From positions 10,703-74,702 of the forward strand of contig JBAYHW010000004.1 in assembly GCA_041665925.1 (NCBI GenBank): 64,000 bases of DNA, in the 5' to 3' direction. The notes under the pieces were generated by a model. It made no database searches, was not told the DNA's origin, and saw nothing but the letters and a program-made list of their open reading frames with translations. Made by a program: the position numbers and the translations under genes. Positions within the stretch are counted from its first letter, which is position 1; every line of letters starts with the position of its first letter. Below are positions 17,585 through 26,051 of the stretch, piece after piece. The stretch comes from Minisyncoccota bacterium. Its GTDB lineage: Bacteria; Patescibacteriota; Minisyncoccia; Phycocordibacterales; UBA9973.

Positions 17585-18763
17585 ATGCCAAAAGTAAACC
17601 AAGAAATAGAGAGTTTTGCCCGCATTATGGTCATCGGAATTGGAGGTTCTGGAAAGAACGCAGTCAACCACATGATAAACTCTAAGGTCAAAGGCGTCTC
17701 ATTCATTTGCATGAATACAGACACTCAAGACTTGCATCATTCTTTGGCTGATAAAAAAATTCACATTGGTAAAAACTTAACTAAAGGACTCGGCGCTGGC
17801 ATGGATCCTGAAATTGGAAAGAAGGCCGCCGAAGAAACAAAATCTGAAATTCAAGACGTCATCAAGGGAGCAGATATGATTTTCCTTGCCTGCGGAATGG
17901 GCGGAGGCACAGGCACTGGTGCTGCGCCTATCGTCGCTCGTGCAGCGAAAGAGCAAGGCATACTTACTGTCGCTGTCACCACTAAACCATTTTTCTTTGA
18001 AGGAAATCAGAGAATGAAAATTGCTGAAAAAGGAATAGAGGAATTAGCGAAAGAGGTAGATGCGATAATTATAATTCCAAACGACAAACTGCTCCAATTG
18101 GCTGACAAAAACACGAATTTCAAGGATGCCTTTGTAAAGTGCGATGATGTTTTAAGACAAGCCGTAGAAGGTATTTCTGACCTTATAACCACCCCTGGAG
18201 TCATAAACGTAGACTTTGCCGACATTAAAGCCATCATGTCCAATGCTGGAAGCGCTCTCATGGGTATAGGTGCTGGTTCAGGTGAGAAACGCGCAGAAAA
18301 AGCAGCTCTCGCCGCTATTAATTCCCCTCTTCTTGAAGTTTCAATTCATGGAGCTAAGGGTGTTCTCTTTGCTATTTCTGGAGGTGAAGATTTGACGATT
18401 AATGAAATCCAAGAAGCAGCAAAAATAATTACCGAATCAATAGACAAAGACGCCAAGGTTATCTTCGGAACTATTCGTGATGAAAAATTAAAGAAAGGAG
18501 AAATCAAGGTCACCGTCATCGCCACATCCTTCCCTGCTGATATGCCTCGTAAAAGTCTTTTTAGTGGAGCACAAACTGGCACACTTCTAAAAGATGAAGC
18601 TCCAGCAGTTGTAAAAAAAGAAATCCATAACAGCCTCCAGAACGGCAACATCAACAACAATGAATTCATCAAGAAGATGGACAAGAAAGAAGAGATAATC
18701 ATAGATGATGATGGCGATGATTGGAGTGCCGTCCCAGCCTTCCTCCGACGTAACAAAAAATAA
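17585..18763 (+). CDS. ftsZ: cell division GTPase FtsZ
   Basis: Tubulin signature GGGTGTG. Confidence 0.95.
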   Translation: MPKVNQEIESFARIMVIGIGGSGKNAVNHMINSKVKGVSFICMNTDTQDLHHSLADKKIHIGKNLTKGLGAGMDPEIGKKAAEETKSEIQDVIKGADMIFLACGMGGGTGTGAAPIVARAAKEQGILTVAVTTKPFFFEGNQRMKIAEKGIEELAKEVDAIIIIPNDKLLQLADKNTNFKDAFVKCDDVLRQAVEGISDLITTPGVINVDFADIKAIMSNAGSALMGIGAGSGEKRAEKAALAAINSPLLEVSIHGAKGVLFAISGGEDLTINEIQEAAKIITESIDKDAKVIFGTIRDEKLKKGEIKVTVIATSFPADMPRKSLFSGAQTGTLLKDEAPAVVKKEIHNSLQNGNINNNEFIKKMDKKEEIIIDDDGDDWSAVPAFLRRNKK

Positions 18764-18905
18764 AATAAATACTTTTTTAAACTAGATTTTGAAGGGGTTT
18801 TGAGTGTGACGACACGAAAACTTCAGGCTTTTTTAAGCTTCAAAAAATCCGTACCGGAAAAATCTAAGTTTGGAAAAGTTCAAAAATAATATATAATACT
18901 AACAT

Positions 18906-19832
18906 ATGACTTATGACCTTATAATAATAGGTGGTGGACCTGCCGGCACAGCTGCGGCTGTTTATGCTGCACGTAAACGATTAAAGACACTCTTCATTAC
19001 TGCTGAATGGGGCGGACAGTCTGTAGTCTCTGAACAAATTTATAACTGGATTGGCACAACTTCCCTCTCTGGAAACGAACTCGCAGAAAATTTTAAAAAG
19101 CACGTAGTGGCAAACGTTGGTGATAGCCTAGAAGTGAAAGAAGGACAAAAGATAAATTCTGTTTATAAGAATGGAAAAGATTTTTCTGTAAAGACTGAAT
19201 CAGGCGAAGAATTTTCAGCAAAAACAATTTTAGTTGCTAGTGGTAGTGGCCGCCGAAAAATTACTGCAAAAAATGCAGATGTGTTCGAAAACAAAGGCCT
19301 CACCTACTGCGCGTCCTGTGATGGACCGCTTTTTGCAGTCATGGATGTGGCTGTAATCGGTGGTGGCAATGCGGGTTTTGAAACAGCCGCTCAGCTACTT
19401 GCGTATTGTAAATCTGTTACCCTATTAAACAGAGCCGAATCTTTTAAAGCCGATGCGGTAACCGTGGAAAAAGTCATGCAAAATCCGAAGATGAAGGCTA
19501 TAGCTAATGCTGAAATTCTAGAAATCAAAGGTGACAAATTCGTAAGTGGATTAGTTTATAAAGATATCGTATCTGGTAAAGAAAGTGACCTTGCTGTAGC
19601 TGGTATTTTCGTAGAAATAGGCCAAATTCCGAACACTACTTTTTTGAAAGATGTCGTCCCGCTTGATGAAATAGGTAGGGTAAAAATTGACGCCTGGAAT
19701 CAAAAAACAGAAGTCCCTGGAATCTGGGCTGCGGGAGATTGTACTAATGTCCTCTATCATCAAAACAACATCGCCGCTGGCGATGCTGTTAGAGCTCTCG
19801 AAGATATCTATCTTTGGTTAAACACACAGTAA
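18906..19832 (+). CDS. trxB: thioredoxin-disulfide reductase-like flavoprotein
   Basis: FAD GxGxxG, redox-active CASCDG. Confidence 0.8.
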   Translation: MTYDLIIIGGGPAGTAAAVYAARKRLKTLFITAEWGGQSVVSEQIYNWIGTTSLSGNELAENFKKHVVANVGDSLEVKEGQKINSVYKNGKDFSVKTESGEEFSAKTILVASGSGRRKITAKNADVFENKGLTYCASCDGPLFAVMDVAVIGGGNAGFETAAQLLAYCKSVTLLNRAESFKADAVTVEKVMQNPKMKAIANAEILEIKGDKFVSGLVYKDIVSGKESDLAVAGIFVEIGQIPNTTFLKDVVPLDEIGRVKIDAWNQKTEVPGIWAAGDCTNVLYHQNNIAAGDAVRALEDIYLWLNTQ

Positions 19833-20061
19833 CTATGCTACGCAATCACATCCAGCACACTTCTCTCCTTCGTGCTTGGCATGGTCACACTTTGAACATT
19901 TTTCTTCGTCCATGTTGGTTTTATTAAAAAATAATAATTATTTAAAAGATACGTGCGACAAACGTATCTACCAGTATAAAGACGTTGCAAGTTAGAAACC
20001 AATACAAGACAAAATTCGCTTGGTGTGTTTTTGTAAATTATGTTAAAATTGGAGCAATTAT

Positions 20062-21030
20062 ATGTATGAATCAATCTTAAATTTTAACAAGCAGTTCGAG
20101 TACAACCCAGAAATTGTTAACCAAGAAAAACTGATTAAAAAGTCTGGTTTCGTCGTTGTCGGCATGGGTGGGTCTGCGTTGGCTGCGAAGTTATTGAGAA
20201 TATGTAAACCAGAACTAGACATCACTATTCACCAAGATTACGGCCTACCGAAAATTCCAAAAGAAATATTAAAAAGTAAATTAATTATTTTAAGTTCTTA
20301 TTCTGGAAGTACCGAAGAAATAATTGATGCATTTCATAAAGCTAAAGAAGAAAATTTAGATATGGCTGTAATGGCTACTGGCGGTAAATTGTTAGCTTTA
20401 GCCATAGAAAACAAAATCTCATATGTACAGTTACCTGATGCTGGAGTACAGCCCCGTATGGCTTTAGGTTTATTTATGAAAGCAATTTTAAAGTTAATGG
20501 GAGAGGAGGCTGAAGTAGAAAGCTTAGGTACTCTCGCCACAACCCTCAACCCTACAGAATACGAAGAATACGGAAAGAAGTTATCAGTAAAAATCAAAAA
20601 TCATGTTCCAGTTATTTATGTTTCAAGTAGTAATTTATTTCTAGCAAACATTTGGAAGATTAAACTAAATGAAACTGGTAAAATACCTGCTTTTTATAAT
20701 GTTTTCCCAGAGTTAAACCATAACGAAATGACGGGCTTTGACGTCGCAGATGCTACGAAAGAATTAAGTAGCAAGTTTTATTTCTTGATTCTTAAAGACG
20801 GAGAAGACAATCCAAGAATTTTAAAAAGAATGGCGACATTAGAGAAATTATACAAAGATCGTAATCTAAAAATTGAAATAATAGAAATGGAAGGAAAAGA
20901 TAAGTGGTATAAAATTTTCTCTTCCCTGCTCTTGGCGGATTTTACCTCATACTATACGGCACTAGGATATGGCCTAGAACCCGAGCAAGTGCCCATGGTT
21001 GAAGAATTCAAGAAACTTATTTTAGAATAG
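20062..21030 (+). CDS. bifunctional phosphoglucose/phosphomannose isomerase (archaeal-type SIS)
   Basis: VVVGMGGSALAAKLL N-terminal SIS motif, size ~320 aa. Confidence 0.7.
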   Translation: MYESILNFNKQFEYNPEIVNQEKLIKKSGFVVVGMGGSALAAKLLRICKPELDITIHQDYGLPKIPKEILKSKLIILSSYSGSTEEIIDAFHKAKEENLDMAVMATGGKLLALAIENKISYVQLPDAGVQPRMALGLFMKAILKLMGEEAEVESLGTLATTLNPTEYEEYGKKLSVKIKNHVPVIYVSSSNLFLANIWKIKLNETGKIPAFYNVFPELNHNEMTGFDVADATKELSSKFYFLILKDGEDNPRILKRMATLEKLYKDRNLKIEIIEMEGKDKWYKIFSSLLLADFTSYYTALGYGLEPEQVPMVEEFKKLILE

Positions 21031-21039
21031 AAAAACCTG

Positions 21040-21126
21040 CGGAGGCGGTGAGATTTGAACTCACGATCGAGTTGCCCCGATGCCGGTTTTCGAAACCGGT
21101 GCCTTCAACCACTCAGCCACGCCTCC
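21040..21126 (-). tRNA. tRNA-Ser(CGA)
   Basis: Hand-folded cloverleaf with long variable arm; anticodon loop TTCGAAA. Confidence 0.8.
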
Positions 21127-21142
21127 TCGCGACTGAAACTGG

Positions 21143-21214
21143 TGACCCTACAGGGAATCGAACCCTGATTGACGGATTGAAAACCCGCTGTCCTAACCGT
21201 TAGACGATAGGGCC
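21143..21214 (-). tRNA. tRNA-Glu(TTC); CCA encoded at 21140..21142
   Basis: D-arm identical to tRNA-Glu(CTC); anticodon loop TTTTCAA; G2-U71. Confidence 0.8.
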
Positions 21215-21236
21215 TAAACAAAGCTATAATAGCAAT

Positions 21237-21461
21237 TTAAATACTATTTTGCAAAATAAAAACCTCTTCAATATTTTTTTGCTGTAAAGCTTTGGTTATT
21301 TTATAAGCCAAAAGAAGGGACGGATTATAACGATTTTGTTCAAGCGAAATAATAGTCTGCCTAGTCACTCCGACAGCTTGCGCCAGTTGCTCCTGGGTAA
21401 TAGAGAGTTTATTCCTAAAGTAAGAAATCCGTGTTTCCATAATATTAATTTTTTTTATCAA
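21237..21461 (-). CDS. XRE-family HTH transcriptional regulator (YozG-like)
   Basis: [33 protein letters not shown] motif. Confidence 0.8.
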   Translation of the reverse strand: MIKKINIMETRISYFRNKLSITQEQLAQAVGVTRQTIISLEQNRYNPSLLLAYKITKALQQKNIEEVFILQNSI

Positions 21462-21873
21462 GATAAAAATTTGATACAGCTTTTACTACGAGCCCCACAA
21501 CTACAGCAATCAAAATTACAGGATCTATTTTCGAAATATCTTGAGTCATCACTCCTGTTGCAGTCTGATAAGCAGCCCCGACTATAAGAACAGCCAAGAT
21601 AACCCATAGGGCATTTCTCTCGGCAATAGCCTCGTGAATTCTATCTCTCTCATCTTTCGGCAAATGAATCATAATATCAATAAAGTCACAACTCACTATT
21701 AATGCCCAAATCACAATAAGCACGATACGTGTTTGGCTTATGGGTGGGAAACTCGTAAGCAAAACAAGTGGTAATATTGAGATCGCGACATATATCCACC
21801 CCTGCCAGGTAACTGGGGTAAAGCCCCAACCTGTATATTTCCTTCTCCTAAACCATTCGTGTTTTCCTATCAT
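21445..21873 (-). CDS. membrane protein (DUF2178-like partner of small XRE regulators)
   Basis: 4 TM helices; overlaps downstream HTH gene as in yozG-type pairs. Confidence 0.5.
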   Translation of the reverse strand: MIGKHEWFRRRKYTGWGFTPVTWQGWIYVAISILPLVLLTSFPPISQTRIVLIVIWALIVSCDFIDIMIHLPKDERDRIHEAIAERNALWVILAVLIVGAAYQTATGVMTQDISKIDPVILIAVVVGLVVKAVSNFYLDKKN

Positions 21874-21900
21874 ATATTTTTTATATTAACTACTAATGTA

Positions 21901-21926
21901 ATATATTCTATACGTATAAAATATAT
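21901..21926. promoter_or_regulatory. 26-bp near-perfect palindrome (ATATATTCTATAC|GTATAAAATATAT) upstream of the XRE operon: candidate operator
   Basis: Seen directly; 1 mismatch between half-sites; central TATACGTATA perfect. Confidence 0.4.
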
Positions 21927-21951
21927 TACACAAGTAGGGCTGTGGATAACT

Positions 21952-21960
21952 CAAATAAGC
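21952..21960 (-). promoter_or_regulatory. perfect DnaA-box consensus
   Basis: TGTGGATAA; context ctgtggataactc shared with 12906..12918. Confidence 0.4.
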
Positions 21961-22107
21961 AAATAAAAACCCCGTAGAAACTACGAGGCCGCTTTGAAGC
22001 TGGTGGCGGTATAAACACGCCGATGTAAAACAAATTTTAAAAAGAACTAATGTTCGCCTTCCCCCGCCCTAGGCACTAGCGGCGGGGGTGTCGCTGGAGA
22101 GGTTTAC

Positions 22108-22482
22108 TCACTCTCCGACATGTTCACCGAGCTGGGGCATGTCCCCGTGAGGGCGAACCGTTGCAACCGGTGAAGGGACTTTCCGCTCCTCCGGCGAAGG
22201 CGCGGTGGCAGACGCCGAGACGGACACGGTGGATGACGGCTGTCGAACGGGTGCCGATCCCATGTCCCGCTGGAGCCGAACCGAGACGAGCACACCGTGC
22301 TCGTCGGACTCCATGTCCTCGTGCCAAAAACGCACGAAGTCGCCCCTCTTCCCCGCAGCGACGAAGTACGTACCCCTCTCCAAACTTCTGGTAAGGTTCC
22401 CGGTGATCGTAGACCCCTCCTCTTTGATCACGGTTACCTTTTTCCCTTCTTTGATGAGTGCGTCCAACAACTTGGTATGCAT
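22108..22482 (-). CDS. SD-led small protein with Sm-like/barrel N-domain and low-complexity Ser/Pro/Ala tail, GC-rich island 4
   Basis: SD AAGGAGG 8 nt before ATG (rc 22480-22482); GC-rich. Confidence 0.45.
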   Translation of the reverse strand: MHTKLLDALIKEGKKVTVIKEEGSTITGNLTRSLERGTYFVAAGKRGDFVRFWHEDMESDEHGVLVSVRLQRDMGSAPVRQPSSTVSVSASATAPSPEERKVPSPVATVRPHGDMPQLGEHVGE

Positions 22483-22583
22483 TTCGCATGCCTCCTTAGG
22501 TCATCTTTTTAACATAAAAAACGCTATATGGCAAATGCTGTTTTGGGAGTATAATAAACTCATTATTATTTATTTAAAAATTT

Positions 22584-23024
22584 ATGAAATCATATAAATA
22601 TGTAAAAATGATGTTCTGGTTAGGTCTCGCAGGGGTATTGTTCTCTGGATATCTAAGCAGTGTGAAGTTTTTCACCTCCACTTGTGCCCTTAATGAGCCT
22701 TGCCCTTATTTCCTCGGCTACCCTGCTTGCTATTTTGGCTTTGGAATGTTTCTTATTATTTTCGTCTCGGCCCTACTCGGACTTATGAAGAAAATTTCTG
22801 AAAAAGGAACTGCGCAAATTTTAACTACTATCTCAGCCCTCGGAATACTCTTCGCAGGATATTTCACAATTCCTGAAATTCAGAAACTTTTATCAAATAC
22901 TGAAACAGGATACTCCCTCGGCTTACCTACCTGCGCATATGGGCTTGTCTTCTATCTCTTAATTTTTATTCTCTCACTTTCGTATTTAAGGAAAGGTGAA
23001 CAAAGTATAAATGGATCCCGTTAG
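22584..23024 (+). CDS. polytopic membrane protein with paired Cys (DsbB/VKOR-like thiol-oxidoreductase?)
   Basis: 4 TM helices; C-x5-C loop and second Cys-containing loop. Confidence 0.35.
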   Translation: MKSYKYVKMMFWLGLAGVLFSGYLSSVKFFTSTCALNEPCPYFLGYPACYFGFGMFLIIFVSALLGLMKKISEKGTAQILTTISALGILFAGYFTIPEIQKLLSNTETGYSLGLPTCAYGLVFYLLIFILSLSYLRKGEQSINGSR

Positions 23025-23098
23025 AGATAATAAGATACATGTTTCTAACCTTGAGGAAATAATTGTAAAAAAATATGGTAATCTCTAACGGGATGGAT
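23011..23098 (+). repeat. start-codon-embedded inverted-repeat element, subfamily B (ATGGATCCCGTTAGAGAT ... ATCTCTAACGGGATGGAT; ATG = udg start)
   Basis: 16/18 inverted repeat, 52-nt spacer; right arm carries ATG 23094. Confidence 0.7.
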
Positions 23099-23680
23099 AA
23101 AAATGAGAAGCTGAAAAATCTCCATACTAAATGGAAGGAGGAATGCATATGTGAGCTAAAAAAGACGGCGACACAGGCCGTGCTTGGTGTCGGATCAGCT
23201 TCTGCGGAATTAGTGTTTATCGGTGAAGCTCCAGGAAAGAAAGAAGATGAGCTCGGTGAACCCTTTGTCGGAGCTGCCGGCAAATTCTTAAACGAAATGT
23301 TGGCGCAGATAAATCTAAAACGAGAAGATATCTATATTACAAATATAGTAAAGTATCGCCCGCCGAACAACCGCGACCCCCTGCCAGAAGAAAAAGCGTC
23401 CTGCCGAGAATGGCTCTTGGGCGAGCTTAAAATTATTTCTCCGAAATTAATAATCTTCTTAGGACGGCATGCAATGAATAATTTCTTCCCTGAACTCCAG
23501 ATAGGAAACGCTCACGGCAAGCTCCTTATTAAAACTTTTAAAGGCATGAGCACGAGATACTTCTTCCCTCTTTATCACCCGGCAGCGGCCCTCTATGACG
23601 GCTCTATGCGTGAGGTTTTAATGGCTGATTTTAAAAAAATTCCGAAAGTATTAAAAGAAATTGAGAAACGAGAATCTTAA
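23094..23680 (+). CDS. udg: uracil-DNA glycosylase family 4 (alt. start 23075)
   Basis: GEAPGKKEDELGEPFVGAAGKFL and HPAA motifs; N-terminal Cys. Confidence 0.85.
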
Positions 23681-23686
23681 GGTATA

Positions 23687-24445
23687 ATGGCAAACATGGA
23701 AGATAAAGTAAGAATAGTAGTCTTAGCTGCAGGTAAAGGCACCCGAATGAAAAGCGAGCTGCCTAAAGCCCTTGCACTCTTAAACGGCAAACACATGGTC
23801 AAACATTTACTTGAATCCGTCAAAAAAACGGATTTAGATAAAAAGCCTATAATTGTAGTTGGCTATGAGAAAGATTTAGTGATGAAAGAATTAGGGAGCG
23901 ATTATGAGTATGCAATCCAGGGAGAACAGCTAGGCACAGGACATGCAGTCCTGGCTGCAAAGAAAGCTACCAAAAATGCAGAAAATATAATCGTAATCTC
24001 GGGAGACCAACCATTTCTAAAACCAGAAACTATAAAAAAGTTATTCGCTCGTCACCTATCCTCTGATGCAACTATTACTATTTCCACCACAGTCTTGCCT
24101 GACTTTTTAGATTGGAAAAAAGCATTTTTAACTTACGGCCGAATCATCAGAAAAGAAGGGAGAATAATCGATAAAGAGATAAAGGATTGCACGGCAGAAG
24201 AATTGAATATCAAAGAAGTTAATGTGTCTTGCTATGCCTTCAAGTCAAAATGGCTTTGGGATAATTTAAAAAAATTGAATAAAACCCAAAATTCCCAAAA
24301 AGAATACCAACTTACGGATTTATGGCAAATTGCGGGAGAAAATAATGAAAAAATCGAATCTATACAGTTTGACGCCCTGGAGACACTTGGGGTAAATTCT
24401 AAAGAAGAGCTTGAAATATTAGAAAAGTTAATGATAAAATCATAG
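23687..24445 (+). CDS. sugar-1-phosphate nucleotidyltransferase (GlmU N-terminal-domain-like)
   Basis: LAAGKGTRMKSELPKAL motif; no LbH acetyltransferase domain. Confidence 0.7.
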   Translation: MANMEDKVRIVVLAAGKGTRMKSELPKALALLNGKHMVKHLLESVKKTDLDKKPIIVVGYEKDLVMKELGSDYEYAIQGEQLGTGHAVLAAKKATKNAENIIVISGDQPFLKPETIKKLFARHLSSDATITISTTVLPDFLDWKKAFLTYGRIIRKEGRIIDKEIKDCTAEELNIKEVNVSCYAFKSKWLWDNLKKLNKTQNSQKEYQLTDLWQIAGENNEKIESIQFDALETLGVNSKEELEILEKLMIKS

Positions 24446-24448
24446 TCT

Positions 24449-25675
24449 ATGAACAACCCTTATCAAAATGCGATGTCGCAGTTGGATAAAGTCTCTCGGA
24501 TAAAAAATTTTGGAGATGATTTCGTAGAGAAATTAAGACACCCCGATAGAGACATCCGCATTTCAATCCCAGTAAAAATGGATGATGGAAGTTTAAAGAT
24601 TTTTGAAGGCTACCGAGTTGAGTACAACAATGCCCTCGGACCCTACAAAGGCGGAATCAGGTACCATCAAGATACTGAAATAAATGAAGTGAAGGCACTC
24701 GCCTTCTGGATGACTATCAAGTGCGCGGTGGCAAATATCCCCATGGGTGGAGGTAAGGGTGGCATAACAGTTGCCCCGAAAAAATTATCTAAGAAAGAAT
24801 TAGAGGCACTCTCTCGCGGATGGGTGCAGAAACTCGCAAACAACCTCGGACCCAGAAAAGACGTCCCCGCTCCAGATGTAAACACTACTCCTGAGATCAT
24901 GGCTTGGATGGCAGATGAATTTGAAAAAATAACTGGAGACAAGACAAGGGCAACTTTCACAGGCAAGCCCATAGAGCACGGTGGCTCAGAAGGACGCGGA
25001 CCAGCTACAGGGCTCGGAGGATTTTATGTTTTTGATGCTCTCCGTATAAAATTGGGTCTATCAGAAAAATGTAAAGTCGCAATTCAGGGATTTGGTAATG
25101 TGGGCGCCAATGCTGCCCAGATATTCGCCGAACACAGCCACACAGTCATAGCCGTGTCAGACTCAAAGAGCGCCATAGTAAATGATGCTGGCCTGGATCT
25201 AGAGAAAGTAGAAACGTATAAAAAATCCACCGGTACATTGAAAGATTTCCCTGGTGCAAAAAATATAACCAACGAGGAATTACTCGAACTCCCTTGCGAC
25301 GTACTCATCCCTGCTGCTTTTGAAAACGTTATAACAGATGCTAATGCAGATAAAATTCAGGCGAAAGTAGTCATGGAACTTGCTAATGGGCCAATAACAC
25401 CAGAGGCAGATGAAATATTGTTTAAAAAGAATATTTCTGTGATTCCCGATGTTTTAGCAAATTCGGGTGGAGTCACAGTATCATATTTCGAATGGGACCA
25501 AAACCTTAAAGGCGAGCACTGGAGCGAAAAAGAGGTTTTCGAGAAACTAAAACCAATGATGGAGGACGCTGCGAAACAAATATTTGAACGAGCAAAAGAA
25601 AATAAAACACACCTTCGTATGGGGGCATTTATTCTCGCCCTTGAACGTATCAAAGAAAAGACTCCGACGCATTAG
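24449..25675 (+). CDS. gdh: Glu/Leu/Phe/Val dehydrogenase family (glutamate dehydrogenase)
   Basis: IPMGGGKGG catalytic motif, Rossmann GFGNVG. Confidence 0.9.
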   Translation: MNNPYQNAMSQLDKVSRIKNFGDDFVEKLRHPDRDIRISIPVKMDDGSLKIFEGYRVEYNNALGPYKGGIRYHQDTEINEVKALAFWMTIKCAVANIPMGGGKGGITVAPKKLSKKELEALSRGWVQKLANNLGPRKDVPAPDVNTTPEIMAWMADEFEKITGDKTRATFTGKPIEHGGSEGRGPATGLGGFYVFDALRIKLGLSEKCKVAIQGFGNVGANAAQIFAEHSHTVIAVSDSKSAIVNDAGLDLEKVETYKKSTGTLKDFPGAKNITNEELLELPCDVLIPAAFENVITDANADKIQAKVVMELANGPITPEADEILFKKNISVIPDVLANSGGVTVSYFEWDQNLKGEHWSEKEVFEKLKPMMEDAAKQIFERAKENKTHLRMGAFILALERIKEKTPTH

Positions 25676-25713
25676 GTCGGAGAGCCGACTAAAACGTCGG
25701 CTTGCTATAAAAA

Positions 25714-25974
25714 ATGCCTTTCGTATATATTTTAAAAAATGAAAAAGGGTCGTTTTACATTGGAAGCACAGTCAACCTCGAAAGGAGAATAAAACAGCAC
25801 CTGCAAGGTAACACAATAACCACAAAAAGAATGCGTGCTTTTGAGTTAGTTTTCTCTCAAGAGTACAAAGAATTAGTGGACGCAAGAAAAATTGAATATA
25901 AATTGAAAAAATTGAAAAGAAAAGATTATATTGCTAATATAATTAAAGAGGGTTATATAAAAATGACAGCTTAG
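25714..25974 (+). CDS. small stand-alone GIY-YIG nuclease domain protein
   Basis: YILKNEKGSFYIGSTVNLERRIKQH GIY-YIG core. Confidence 0.7.
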   Translation: MPFVYILKNEKGSFYIGSTVNLERRIKQHLQGNTITTKRMRAFELVFSQEYKELVDARKIEYKLKKLKRKDYIANIIKEGYIKMTA

Positions 25975-25977
25975 TTT

Positions 25978-26050
25978 GCGCGGTTAGCTCAGTTGGTAGA
26001 GCGACCCCTTGACGTGGGGTAGGCCACAGGTTCGAATCCTGTATCGCGCA
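25978..26050 (+). tRNA. tRNA-Val(GAC)
   Basis: Hand-folded; anticodon loop TTGACGT; T-loop TTCGAAT. Confidence 0.85.
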
Positions 26051-26051
26051 C

